A DNA stretch of 64,000 nucleotides. Source: an uncultured Thermococci archaeon. Lineage in GTDB: Archaea > Methanobacteriota_B > Thermococci > Methanofastidiosales > Methanofastidiosaceae. The position numbers and the translations under genes were made by a program. The notes beneath the pieces were generated by a model. That model did not search any database, was not told where the DNA came from, and saw only the letters and a program-made list of their open reading frames with translations. The stretch is taken from assembly GCA_964500005.1 (NCBI GenBank), contig CAZCMP010000002.1, positions 64,934 to 128,933 on the forward strand. Reading direction: 5' to 3'. Positions 31,752-41,431 of this stretch are shown here, piece by piece. Every line of letters starts with the position of its first letter. The stretch's first letter is position 1.

Positions 31752-32249
31752 ATGATAAAAGATATTATAATTAAAAAATATGGAGAAAGTAATTATGACA
31801 AGTTAATATTTTTTATCAAAGGGGCAATATTGTCCATATTTTTTTATATTATTAGTGATTATACTCCAATTAGAATTTTTACAGCACAAGCTGTTAAAGA
31901 AGGAATAACTTTTTTTGGAATACAAAAGCCTCTTATCATATCTGATAAATTTGTGGCTGTCGGAAGCTATGAAATATCCAAGAGATGTATCGGACTAGCT
32001 TCTGGTGCAATATTTACTTCCCTATTTATATTGTCTTCATTTACACTTGTTAAAAAGATTTTGTATCTTTTAATATTTCTTATAGCCTTATTAATCTTAA
32101 ACATATTAAGATTAATTATAACAATATATCTTTTCGAACAAGGCTACAGCTGGCTTATTGCACATGATATATTGGCATATGCACTTGGAATAGGATTTTC
32201 ATTCCTTATCTTAATAAAAATAAACTCATACATTCCATTATTCAAATAA
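31752..32249 (+). CDS. Short exosortase/archaeosortase-family membrane protein
   Basis: 165 aa, 4-5 TM. It has a conserved Cys in a C-x-G context (EISKRCIGLASG) and a downstream Asn/Arg motif (LNILRLI). These resemble the Cys/Arg/Asn signature of the EpsH/archaeosortase family. It is shorter than ArtA. Confidence 0.45.
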   Translation: MIKDIIIKKYGESNYDKLIFFIKGAILSIFFYIISDYTPIRIFTAQAVKEGITFFGIQKPLIISDKFVAVGSYEISKRCIGLASGAIFTSLFILSSFTLVKKILYLLIFLIALLILNILRLIITIYLFEQGYSWLIAHDILAYALGIGFSFLILIKINSYIPLFK

Positions 32250-33269
32250 GATTCTTTGGTAAACTTCCAATGTGGCAATTGCAGATTTTTCCCAAGAAAA
32301 AAGTTTAGATTTTTCTAGAACTTTATTGGAAAGTTCAGTTCTAAATTTTTGATTAAGTATTATTTTCTCTACTAGATCCACCAATTGATTTTTTTCTTTA
32401 ACAGTTAAGGTTAGATTATCCAACAAATAACTAGAGCCCGGACTTACTAAGGATACAACAGGTATACCACATGCCATAGCCTCTAGAATTGAGAGCCCAA
32501 ATCCCTCTGTTTTTGAAGTTGAAACAACTGCTTTGAATTTTTTTAAGTATTTTTCTGCGTCAATTATTTCCCCCAAAAAAATAATGTTAAGTCCTTGAGA
32601 AATATCCTCAAGTTCTTTTCGAAGATAACCTTCCCCTATCATATATGCGGGCTCAACGATTCCTTTTTTTCTGAGTTCTCTTATTAATTCAATAAAGTCT
32701 CTTGGATTTTTTTCATTGACTAATGCCCCTATGAATCCTATGCCATTTTTTTCAGATTTTTCGGGAGAGAATATCGAATGATCAACACCATTGGGGATTG
32801 AAATAACTTCTCTCTCTAAAAAATCAGTTAGTTTTTTCTGCAGATTTGGAGAAACAGCAACTATGACTTGGTATTTAGACAATACGAATTTGACCAATCT
32901 ACCTATGCTTCCTTTTTGTAGATAGACATTCACATCACTTCCATGGACTGTTAAAATCCTTTTTTTGCCTGAGAGAATAGACAAAAAATAACCGAGCAAT
33001 CCAGGAGTTGTAGCAAAATGAGAATGTATTAAATCAATTTTATTCTTTCTAATGATAATAATTCCCTTAAAAATTCCAAAAAAGATGAAGAAAAATCCTC
33101 TAAATTTTTTAGGTAATTTTGTAGAATATACTTTTTCTTCAGTTGCGTTTGAATATGTTAAAACAAAGACATCTTGGCCAAGTTTATTTAATTCCTTTTT
33201 AAGTTGATATATGTGGGTCGAAATACCTCCAATTTTTGGAGGATATTCGCCAATCATTAGTATATTCAT
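32238..33269 (-). CDS. Glycosyltransferase family 4 (GT-B fold)
   Basis: 343 aa with C-terminal GT4 motifs (SKTEGFGLSILEAMACGIPVV) and the EX7E region. Confidence 0.8.
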   Translation of the reverse strand: MNILMIGEYPPKIGGISTHIYQLKKELNKLGQDVFVLTYSNATEEKVYSTKLPKKFRGFFFIFFGIFKGIIIIRKNKIDLIHSHFATTPGLLGYFLSILSGKKRILTVHGSDVNVYLQKGSIGRLVKFVLSKYQVIVAVSPNLQKKLTDFLEREVISIPNGVDHSIFSPEKSEKNGIGFIGALVNEKNPRDFIELIRELRKKGIVEPAYMIGEGYLRKELEDISQGLNIIFLGEIIDAEKYLKKFKAVVSTSKTEGFGLSILEAMACGIPVVSLVSPGSSYLLDNLTLTVKEKNQLVDLVEKIILNQKFRTELSNKVLEKSKLFSWEKSAIATLEVYQRILFE

Positions 33270-33304
33270 GAAAAAACTTATATTTTCAAGGTTTTTAAGT
33301 TATT

Positions 33305-33612
33305 GTGTGGGCGGAATATTGGCTTCCCTTCGGGGAGGAAGCTCCATCCACCTGATCAGGATGTGGCATCGAAAGATGCTTGGAGAAATCCAAGGTAAAG
33401 GAACAGAAAAAAACGGCCTTTGTCTAATGAAGATGATGTAGACGGAATCTGGCAACAAATTTCAAAACTACTGAGAAGACTTAGGGCACGGTGGAATACC
33501 TTCCCACATGGTGCAAGACCAAACTAAAACCGATGAAACCTGGTCCGAGGTTTGTGGTAGGTCGCTTAGTTCAATGCCAATATTACAAAAGATGGGCTAT
33601 AATCCGCTCACT
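33305..33612 (+). ncRNA. rnpB: RNase P RNA (archaeal type A-like)
   Basis: A roughly 308-nt non-coding stretch with P1 (GUGGGCGG.../...CCGCUCAC), a P3 hairpin with a UUCG loop (CUUCCCUUCGGGGAGG), and P4 with a bulged U (5' AGC-U-CCAUC pairing with 3' GAUGG-GCU in ACAAAAGAUGGGCUAUAAU). Conserved motifs ACAGAAA and GUGCAAGACCAAA match bacterial and archaeal RNase P RNA consensus. Confidence 0.75.
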
Positions 33613-34371
33613 TTAACTTTTTATAGCATTTATTATATCAAATAGTTTCTCTTTATTTCTTTCTATAATAGTTCCTGTTACAAATATATCTGCTCCAGCC
33701 AAAGCAAGTTTCTTTGCAGAGTCTGGGGCCCTTATCCCGCCACCTACTATTAGAGGTATATCAATTACTTTTTTTACAAGCCCCACCATTTCGGGAGTAA
33801 CAGTTTCTAAAGCTCCCGATCCGGCTTCAAGATAGACAAGTCTCATGCCTAGGTATTGTGCAGCTAAAGAATAAGCCGCTGCAATCTGTGGTTTTTTTCT
33901 AGGTATCAGGTCAGCTTCGCCCATCCAGCCGACTGTTTCTCCTGGTTCGATAACTAAGTATCCTGTGGGTATTGGTTCTATCCCTGTCTTTTTTACTAAA
34001 AAACTTCCTAGGGCCTGAGATTTTGTAATAAAATAAGGATTTCTTGAATTCATATAAGACATGAATAGAATTGCATCTGCCTTAGGAGATACTTGAGCAA
34101 CGCCACCGGGGAAAATAATTACGGGCAGTTTAGTATTGGCTTTAATTGATTCTATCAGAACATCTAGGTAATTACCAAGTGTATGCGTAGATCCCCCTAT
34201 TAGTATAGCATCGCTTCCAGCTTCCTCAGAAATCAAAGCGGCACTCTTTGCTTCTTCGATAGAGAAACTATCAGGATCAACTAAAGAAAAATGAAGCTTC
34301 TCCTTCTGTAGTTTATCCAAAAGGTATTTTTCTACTTTACCGGTCATTTTAAGCACTCTCTTACATTCCAA
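33613..34371 (-). CDS. Geranylgeranylglyceryl phosphate synthase (PcrB/GGGPS family)
   Basis: 252 aa, TIM-barrel PcrB-family motifs (DAILIGGS..., GGGIRAPDSAKKLALAGADIFVTG). Confidence 0.85.
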   Translation of the reverse strand: MECKRVLKMTGKVEKYLLDKLQKEKLHFSLVDPDSFSIEEAKSAALISEEAGSDAILIGGSTHTLGNYLDVLIESIKANTKLPVIIFPGGVAQVSPKADAILFMSYMNSRNPYFITKSQALGSFLVKKTGIEPIPTGYLVIEPGETVGWMGEADLIPRKKPQIAAAYSLAAQYLGMRLVYLEAGSGALETVTPEMVGLVKKVIDIPLIVGGGIRAPDSAKKLALAGADIFVTGTIIERNKEKLFDIINAIKS

Positions 34372-34618
34372 GTTTTACTGAATCTTCCTTCTTAGCTCTT
34401 ACAATGACGATGTCCCCAATAGCCGAAACATCTTTGAATGGAACTGCGATATTATCTATGCCTTTCTCTTGCCCAACTGCTAGTCCAAAAACAACTCCTT
34501 CTTTTACTTCTAGAATGATATCATTAACTATACCTATGTACTCGCCCTTTGTATTATACAATTCAAGCCCGAATAATTTAGAAATCCTCATGATTATCCC
34601 TTTTATAGTTTTTATCAC
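34361..34618 (-). CDS. PRC-barrel domain protein
   Basis: 85 aa with a PRC-barrel-like pattern (LELYNTKGEYIGIVNDIILEV...GIVV). It overlaps the GGGPS start by 11 nt. Confidence 0.55.
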   Translation of the reverse strand: MIKTIKGIIMRISKLFGLELYNTKGEYIGIVNDIILEVKEGVVFGLAVGQEKGIDNIAVPFKDVSAIGDIVIVRAKKEDSVKLGM

Positions 34619-34724
34619 TAGAGTTTATATATTTTTCTAGATATTTAATATTATTTATCTAGAATGGGTAGAATTATAAATAAAAAAGTAATATAAAAAA
34701 ATTAATAATAAATTAATTACTTAT

Positions 34725-35642
34725 TTACATTAATAGTGCCATTACGGCTTTCTGTGCATGATTTCTGTTTTCTGCTTGATCTAATACAACAGAATGGGGT
34801 CCATCAACGACTTCATCAGTTATTTCTTCTCCCCTATGTGCGGGTAAACAGTGCATAACGATGCAGTCATCCTGAGCTTGTGAAACTAATTTTTCATTTA
34901 CCTGGTAAGGCTTGAAGATTTTAACCCTGTCATCATGCTCTTTGTCTTTTCCCATGCTTGCCCATACATCGGTATAGATTACATCGGCACCCTTAACGCC
35001 TTTTGGATCATTTGTTATCTCAAGTTTAAGGCCATCTTCTAATGCCATTTTTTCTATCTGTTTATCTGGTTCATAACCCTTTGGACATACAACAGTCATT
35101 TCCATTCCTACTTTTGCGGATCCAAACATTAGAGAATGGCAAACATTATTTCCATCGCCTACAAATGCCAATTTGAGTCCTTTGAATTCCTGTTTCTTTT
35201 CAAGAATTGTTTCTAAATCTGCTAAACACTGACATGGGTGCAAAAGGTCGGATAATCCATTTATTACTGGAACAGTTGAATGCTTGCATAGCTCTACTAT
35301 ATTATCATGTGAGAATACCCTTGCCATTATGCCATCACAGTATCTGGCAAGAACTGCTCCGGTATCCCCTACCGTTTCTCCCCTCCCCAATTGAAGATCC
35401 GTGGAAGATAGATACAAAGCATGTCCCCCCAATTGTTTCATTCCTACTTCAAATGACACCCTTGTCCTAGTTGATGGTTTTTGGAATATCATTGCTAGTG
35501 TTTTACCATAAAGTAATTCATGTCGCTCTCCAGTTTTCTGTTTTATTTTTAAAGTCTCGGCCGTTTTCAAAATTTGCCATATTTCCTCTTTTGTAAGATC
35601 GTGTAAAGAAGCAAGATGCTTACCTTTCATGTTAACTACCAT
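34725..35642 (-). CDS. argF: Ornithine carbamoyltransferase
   Basis: 305 aa with STRTR, HPCQ, DVWASMG and HCLP motifs. The DVWxSMG and HCLP motifs distinguish OTCase from ATCase. Confidence 0.9.
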   Translation of the reverse strand: MVVNMKGKHLASLHDLTKEEIWQILKTAETLKIKQKTGERHELLYGKTLAMIFQKPSTRTRVSFEVGMKQLGGHALYLSSTDLQLGRGETVGDTGAVLARYCDGIMARVFSHDNIVELCKHSTVPVINGLSDLLHPCQCLADLETILEKKQEFKGLKLAFVGDGNNVCHSLMFGSAKVGMEMTVVCPKGYEPDKQIEKMALEDGLKLEITNDPKGVKGADVIYTDVWASMGKDKEHDDRVKIFKPYQVNEKLVSQAQDDCIVMHCLPAHRGEEITDEVVDGPHSVVLDQAENRNHAQKAVMALLM

Positions 35643-35733
35643 TAAATATCACCGAATCAAGAAAATGTAAATGCTTTTTAAATCTGATGACCTTGGTGTA
35701 ACAAATTTAATACTCATTGTTTTAAATGAAACA

Positions 35734-36198
35734 TTATTCGAGAGTTCTAAGATATGCCCCTCTGTCAATAATATTATTGAGCATTTTTCCATCAAATTTT
35801 CCAATGCCAATTACTTCATTTCTTGTATTGGATACTAATATATAACCTTTTTTGGGTGGATTTATTATATTCTTAATAAAAACATCACGCCCATATAAAA
35901 ATAAAGAAGATCCTTTCTCATTTAATTTTATTTTTTTTGAACACATATCCATTATAAGATGGCTTTCTAAACCTAATAAAAAGTTACCTTTATGGAATTT
36001 TCCAACTTGTGTTCCTATAGATACTAAGTTCTCAACTATTTTCTCGTCTAAGGCTCTTTGATAAATTATTTTATTTGCAAGGAATACTTCATCTTTTACA
36101 GTTAACAATATATTACTTTCAGGTAATCGAAAAATGCCCCCATAATTCGCTATAGTTTTCTTTACAACTTCTAGTTTTTTTCCGTCTATAACTTTCAT
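35734..36198 (-). CDS. PUA-domain protein, Nip7-like ribosome biogenesis factor homolog
   Basis: 154 aa with a C-terminal PUA-like region (GYILVSNTRNEVIGIGKF) and a size and architecture like archaeal Nip7. Confidence 0.45.
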   Translation of the reverse strand: MKVIDGKKLEVVKKTIANYGGIFRLPESNILLTVKDEVFLANKIIYQRALDEKIVENLVSIGTQVGKFHKGNFLLGLESHLIMDMCSKKIKLNEKGSSLFLYGRDVFIKNIINPPKKGYILVSNTRNEVIGIGKFDGKMLNNIIDRGAYLRTLE

Positions 36199-36206
36199 TA
36201 AATTAC

Positions 36207-36665
36207 CTACAAGTTTAGGGTATATGCCATTTCAATTTTAATTTTTTGGCATAACTCTAATATTTTTTCAATATCAAAAGGCTCTCCTTCTTCTCCAATT
36301 CCAGGACAAGCTACATCTACATATATGTATACCTTTTCACCATTTTTCAAAATATGAGGCGTGTCTGACTCAGATAAAGGATTATAAAAAACGCCCAATG
36401 GAAAAAGTCTACAAATGAGGGGTTTGTATTCATGTATAGTGCAACTTCTATCGTCTAAGAAGACACATCCATTGTCCCAAATTCTTTTCTCAATTACAAA
36501 TTTTTTTCTAGAAGTATCATACAAAGCGAATTCCTTTTCAGTATTCTTCTCTATTCTTTCAATATCAAATAAAGTAAGTGGAACCCCTCGGACTCTGCAA
36601 CATTCTCCGCATTGTTTACATTTATATTTTTGTCCAGTATATAGAACTAATACTTCTTTCATCAT
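36207..36665 (-). CDS. YkgJ/UPF0153-family Fe-S/zinc-binding protein
   Basis: 152 aa with the CKQCGECCR motif typical of the YkgJ family. Confidence 0.6.
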   Translation of the reverse strand: MMKEVLVLYTGQKYKCKQCGECCRVRGVPLTLFDIERIEKNTEKEFALYDTSRKKFVIEKRIWDNGCVFLDDRSCTIHEYKPLICRLFPLGVFYNPLSESDTPHILKNGEKVYIYVDVACPGIGEEGEPFDIEKILELCQKIKIEMAYTLNL

Positions 36666-36730
36666 ATCCCCTTGATTTCCTATGGAGATTATTACAATTA
36701 TATATAGTTTTAATTTTTAAGTTAAGTGAT

Positions 36731-37249
36731 TTAAGAACTAATTAATTTTATTACTGCGTCTCTGGTCTTTTCTCTATCCGCCCCTGCCACGATAATAACA
36801 TCACGCCCATACAATCCATGTGGGATGTACTCTATTTCTCCTTGTGAAGTATACCAGTCAACTTTCGATTGCCCTCTCTGAACTAATCCGGCTACCAGTC
36901 TGTTTGCAACTGGTCCACCTATAAGTATAAGATTGTTGTTCTTAGCGACACTTTCAAGCAATGCTTCATCATTTGTTATCAATTTTTGAGGATCCCATAT
37001 ATTGACTCTAAATAATCCTTTAGACGGGTCCTCGTAATAAGCTTCAGCCTGTATTTTTGAGATTATTAATCCTCCAGAAATTGAATCCATCGATGCCGCG
37101 TTTTTTCCTACCACTATTATTGAATGTGGTTCACCGTTTGTAGTGTCTACAAAGAAAGATCTTGGAACAAGGTCAGATGATGCTGGAAAAATAAAAAAAG
37201 TTTGAATTAATAATATTAATAACAGTATTATACTTAATCTAGTCTTCAT
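36731..37249 (-). CDS. Secreted hypothetical protein
   Basis: 172 aa with an N-terminal signal peptide (MKTRLSIILLLILLIQTFFIFPASS). No recognisable domain. Confidence 0.4.
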   Translation of the reverse strand: MKTRLSIILLLILLIQTFFIFPASSDLVPRSFFVDTTNGEPHSIIVVGKNAASMDSISGGLIISKIQAEAYYEDPSKGLFRVNIWDPQKLITNDEALLESVAKNNNLILIGGPVANRLVAGLVQRGQSKVDWYTSQGEIEYIPHGLYGRDVIIVAGADREKTRDAVIKLISS

Positions 37250-37315
37250 ATACTTTAGTTCTTTGATTAATATTTATATCTTACTATTTTTAATCAATAT
37301 TCTGAAAAGAATTTC

Positions 37316-38776
37316 CTAGTAATAGTTCTTCAATTCTTCATATGATTCATTTATTTCTTTTAAAATACTCTCTTTTACTATCTTTTCTTTTTCGTCTTGA
37401 GTTGTATCTGGATGGTAATACTTTGATAGTTCCTTCCACCTATGTTTAATTTCCTCTGCTGTTGTATCTGTATCCAGTCTTAATACTTTTAAACAAGAAA
37501 TCAAAGATAGAGAGTCATCATCAGGTAAATAAGGTATTTCTAAAGGGTATACCGTTCCAGTTTCATAAACTACATTCCCTCGGTAGTTACAAAATGTTTT
37601 AATCTCAAATAAACCTTCATTTTTTGGCTTAATTAATAGCGTATATGATTTATACTCCATAGGTTTGAGGAAGTCTATTTTATCTTCAATTTTTTGGATA
37701 TTCAAATCCCTGTTTTTTTCTATTAAAACAGATATGTCAAAAGCATCCATATCTCCATTATTAATTAAATATACCTGGATTTCAGATTCTTTTTTTCTCT
37801 CCAATGGATCAAGAATATAAAAAATATACCTAATGCTAGGCCTACCTATATCTTCCTCGATTTTAACTTGCAGTATGTTGAGGCTCTCACTTAAACTATT
37901 AGCTCTAACTAGAAGCTCTTTAATATATACGTTAGAGGAGGATATTGATCTTTTTCCATAATTTTCTAAAAAAGTTGAATAATCTTCATCAATTGACAAA
38001 ATATCTTGGTAAAGTCCTTCGAATATACCCTTGTAAAAATTATAGTTTTTACCCAAACCTTTTTTTGTTAGTAAAGTTTGACCTGTTTTTTCATAATTTG
38101 ATAAACATTCTACTAATAGTTCTTTTAGTGTTTTTATTTTACCTTCTATCTTTCTTCTTTCAGAATATAAATTATTGGCATTTTGTAAATATCTTAGAGA
38201 TTCTCTTTCCATTCCTAACATCTTTAAAGCATAGGCAATATTCTCTAGAGAAGGTATGCTTTCAGAATTCTCATTCAGACAAACGTTCAATAAGTTTATA
38301 GAGTCTTCAATCTGTTTCTTCCCGTTTTCAAGAATAAGTTGGGCTCTAGTATATGTATAATCAAAATCTCCCCATTCTTTTAGAATTAGAATAGCTTCTT
38401 CTATCCTACCAATTTTTTGAAGTGCAATAGCTAGATTAATAATTGCATTCTTATTATTTTTTTCTTCTTTTAGAACTTTTTTAAAACATGTTACGGCATC
38501 AGAGTAATTACCTATTTTGGATAATGATATGCCTTTATTATAAAGAGTTCTGACATCTTCTTGTTTCTTAAGTACCATATCGTAATATTTTAAGGCTTCT
38601 TCAGATTTTCCTAGTTTGTCTAATGAGATGCCAATATTAGTTATAACATCAATATCTTGAGGGTCAATAGATCTTGCTTTCTCAAAACAATCTAAAGCGT
38701 CTTCATGTTTACCCATCCTATCGAGAATTATTCCTTTTGAATTCCAGTAAGATCCGGATTCAAGTAAATTTGACAC
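37316..38776 (-). CDS. TPR-repeat protein with C-terminal J-domain (DnaJ-like co-chaperone architecture)
   Basis: 486 aa. The N-terminal roughly 230 aa form about 6 TPR units (e.g. WNSKGIILDRMGKHEDALDCFEKARSIDP). The C-terminal 60 aa carry the J-domain signature with the HPD tripeptide (LKVLRLDTDTTAEEIKHRWKELSKYYHPDTTQDEKEKIVKESILKEINESYEELKN). Confidence 0.6.
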   Translation of the reverse strand: MSNLLESGSYWNSKGIILDRMGKHEDALDCFEKARSIDPQDIDVITNIGISLDKLGKSEEALKYYDMVLKKQEDVRTLYNKGISLSKIGNYSDAVTCFKKVLKEEKNNKNAIINLAIALQKIGRIEEAILILKEWGDFDYTYTRAQLILENGKKQIEDSINLLNVCLNENSESIPSLENIAYALKMLGMERESLRYLQNANNLYSERRKIEGKIKTLKELLVECLSNYEKTGQTLLTKKGLGKNYNFYKGIFEGLYQDILSIDEDYSTFLENYGKRSISSSNVYIKELLVRANSLSESLNILQVKIEEDIGRPSIRYIFYILDPLERKKESEIQVYLINNGDMDAFDISVLIEKNRDLNIQKIEDKIDFLKPMEYKSYTLLIKPKNEGLFEIKTFCNYRGNVVYETGTVYPLEIPYLPDDDSLSLISCLKVLRLDTDTTAEEIKHRWKELSKYYHPDTTQDEKEKIVKESILKEINESYEELKNYY

Positions 38777-38826
38777 ATTTCTAGGGAAAAATATACATTT
38801 AAAAGAGTTTTTATATATTACTAATT

Positions 38827-39456
38827 ATGTACCAGCAAAGAGATGGATACCACCGAATGGCAAAAAAAGAAGGTTATAAGTCTAGAGCATCTTTTAAACT
38901 AATTCAACTTAACAAAAAATTTAATTTAATTAAGAAAGGATATACTGTTTTGGATCTTGGTGCGGCCCCTGGTGGATGGATTCAAGTAGCATCCACATTA
39001 GTAGGGGATACAGGTCTAGTAGTTGGAGTTGACTTAAGATTAGTCAAAGAAAAATTTCCAAATTCATTTTTTATTCAAGGGGACATATTCGATGACGAAA
39101 CAATTAAAAAAATCATGGAAATCGATGAAGATTTTAACACTATTATCTCAGATCTTGCCCCAAACACATCAGGCATTAGATCTATCGATCATCAAAAGTC
39201 AATAAATCTTTGTTATAGGGTCTTAGAATTGTCAACATCTTTATTAAAATATAAGGGGAATCTTCTAATAAAAATATTCCAAGGCGAAAATACAAAAGAA
39301 TTAGTGGATACTATAAAAAATGAGTTTCATTACGTTAAGATATCAAAACCTGAGTCTTCAAGATCGGCAAGTAAAGAAACATATGTTATAGGTAAAGGTT
39401 TTAAAAAGAGAAAATTAAAAATAGAAGATACAGAATTAACCGAAGAGAGCACCTAA
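38827..39456 (+). CDS. rlmE: 23S rRNA (uridine-2'-O)-methyltransferase RlmE/FtsJ
   Basis: 209 aa with FtsJ motifs ([13 protein letters not shown]; [16 protein letters not shown]; ISDLAP). Confidence 0.85.
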   Translation: MYQQRDGYHRMAKKEGYKSRASFKLIQLNKKFNLIKKGYTVLDLGAAPGGWIQVASTLVGDTGLVVGVDLRLVKEKFPNSFFIQGDIFDDETIKKIMEIDEDFNTIISDLAPNTSGIRSIDHQKSINLCYRVLELSTSLLKYKGNLLIKIFQGENTKELVDTIKNEFHYVKISKPESSRSASKETYVIGKGFKKRKLKIEDTELTEEST

Positions 39457-39756
39457 ACCTTCAAGTGCTGATTCATCTGTTTCTTCTTTCTTTTCTTCCT
39501 TCTTTGATTCTGCAGAAGGCTTTTGTTCTGAAGCGCCTGCTGCTGGTGCAGCTGCAGGTGCATGAGCAACTGGCATTGATGCAGAGCTTATAGCTTCCTC
39601 AATATCTACACCTTCTAATGAAGATACAAGAGCTTTAATTCTGGCCTCATCGACTGCCACTCCAGCAGCCTTTAAAACATTGTTTAAATTTGCTTCAGTT
39701 ATTTCCTTCTTAGCCTCATGAAGGATCATCGCAGCATATACATATTCCATAATCAC
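39436..39756 (-). CDS. rpl12: 50S ribosomal stalk protein P1 (L12e)
   Basis: 106 aa with an Ala/Glu/Lys-rich hinge and the universal stalk C-terminus [20 protein letters not shown]. Confidence 0.85.
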   Translation of the reverse strand: MIMEYVYAAMILHEAKKEITEANLNNVLKAAGVAVDEARIKALVSSLEGVDIEEAISSASMPVAHAPAAAPAAGASEQKPSAESKKEEKKEETDESALEGLGALFG

Positions 39757-39767
39757 ACCTCCATATA

Positions 39768-40778
39768 TTAACCAAATAGGGCCCCTAGACCTTCTAATCC
39801 AGCGTCCCCATCTTTATCTTTATTATCTTTAGTTTCTTCAACTTTATGTTCGGCTACTTTTTTTTCAGCAGGAGCTGCTGATTGAGATACATTGATTTTA
39901 TTTTTAAGTTCATCGTCCAATGCATCTGCTTTTAATATCCTAGATAGACTTAGAGCTTGAGCAACACTCTTTGACATTATCGGGCCTATTGTTTCGGGAG
40001 AAACTATGTTTGCACCAATTGCCAAAGATTTTGATTTAAGAGTTGCTTGTTGAATGAACATTTTTACATTTTGCTTTGTAAATATTCTTCTTTCAAAAGA
40101 TAGCGCCAATGCATTTGAAAATGCCTTTATTATGTTGCTTCTTGTTTGAACATCGTCTATGCTAAGAACATCTTTCTTAAATAATAATCCGCCTTCGTAA
40201 GCAGCTGCCAAATTGGCCCCTACTTCCATAGGTTCAATCTTAAGTTGGGAAAGAATCTCGCTAGCTTTTTTAGATATTGTTTCTCCACTTTTTACAAATA
40301 CTGTTTCTCTTTCAATAGATATTGAACCTTTGTCAATCTTAGCTGGAACTCCAAGAGTTTGAAGTTCACTTACAAGTGGGCCCGGTGGTAATCCGGTACT
40401 TCCTTGAGGGATTATTATATCAGCTTTTGCGACATCACCTGGTTTTGCCGGTGCAGGCGCTTTTGATTTTTGTAAAAGTCTATAAATCCTGAAAGGATTC
40501 TCATTAGAAAAGATGAATGCGGCTCCAGCGTTAATATGATCTATAAGTTGTTCTTTTTCAGTTTTTTCAAGAGCTATCTTCATTAGCTTATTCTTAGACA
40601 TTCTAAAAGTAACTTTGCCTCTCAATTCTTCCCTTATATTCTGTAACTGCTTTGCAGGTATGTTTTGAAGGTCAACTATCCCTACGACAGGAGATGATTT
40701 AATCATGTCTCTAAGGGAGTTTACTTCTTCTGATTTCCATTCAGCTACATCTCCTTTTACTGCTACTCTTCCCTTCAT
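39768..40778 (-). CDS. rpl10: 50S ribosomal protein P0 (L10)
   Basis: 336 aa with the stalk C-terminus [10 protein letters not shown]. It is positioned between rpl1 and rpl12. Confidence 0.9.
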   Translation of the reverse strand: MKGRVAVKGDVAEWKSEEVNSLRDMIKSSPVVGIVDLQNIPAKQLQNIREELRGKVTFRMSKNKLMKIALEKTEKEQLIDHINAGAAFIFSNENPFRIYRLLQKSKAPAPAKPGDVAKADIIIPQGSTGLPPGPLVSELQTLGVPAKIDKGSISIERETVFVKSGETISKKASEILSQLKIEPMEVGANLAAAYEGGLLFKKDVLSIDDVQTRSNIIKAFSNALALSFERRIFTKQNVKMFIQQATLKSKSLAIGANIVSPETIGPIMSKSVAQALSLSRILKADALDDELKNKINVSQSAAPAEKKVAEHKVEETKDNKDKDGDAGLEGLGALFG

Positions 40779-41419
40779 TTAAAATCCTCCAGTTTTACCG
40801 AGGGCCCCATGGAAGTCTTAATATAAATTGACTTTATGTTGTCAAATCCTTTCTCAAGTTTCTTTTCAAAAAACTTAATAATTTCAGAAATGTTTTCAGC
40901 CAACATCTCATCTTCCATTTTTTCAGACCCAATAAAAGTATGAATCACAGACTGATTGGTACTTTTTATTTTAACTGTTTTTTTCAATTTATTTAATATA
41001 GGTTCGAGCGAAGCAGTTGGAGGCAAAGGTGATGGTGTTTTTCCTCTTGGCGCAAAGATTGGACCTAATGATTTTCCAACTAGAGTCATAAAATCTGTTT
41101 GCGCTATGAAAAAATCGTGGGTATTTGCAACTTTTTTTGCAAGTTTTTTGTCCTTTGCGAATTTTTCTATGTCTTCTTGATCAAATACGGACAAGTTTTC
41201 CTTTTTGGCTCTTAATGCCATATCTCCTGAAGCAAAGACGCCTATTTTAACATCTTTACCCCTTCCATTGGGTAAAACAAAGTCTTCTTTGATACGATTT
41301 TGTGGTTTTTTCATATCTAGCCCTTGGAGATTTATACTCATTTCCAATGACTGTGTGAAGTTTCTCGGCTTTGAATTTTCCTTCGCCTTCTTCACTGCTC
41401 GTAATACGGCTTCTTTCAA
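40775..41419 (-). CDS. rpl1: 50S ribosomal protein L1
   Basis: 214 aa with L1-family composition. Its position is conserved in the rpl11-rpl1-rpl10-rpl12 cluster. Confidence 0.9.
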   Translation of the reverse strand: MKEAVLRAVKKAKENSKPRNFTQSLEMSINLQGLDMKKPQNRIKEDFVLPNGRGKDVKIGVFASGDMALRAKKENLSVFDQEDIEKFAKDKKLAKKVANTHDFFIAQTDFMTLVGKSLGPIFAPRGKTPSPLPPTASLEPILNKLKKTVKIKSTNQSVIHTFIGSEKMEDEMLAENISEIIKFFEKKLEKGFDNIKSIYIKTSMGPSVKLEDFK

Positions 41420-41431
41420 TACGATTCCTCC

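Noticed and set aside
33211-33441. 76-aa plus-strand ORF
   Set aside because: It overlaps the RNase P RNA gene, and the region is better explained as structured ncRNA.
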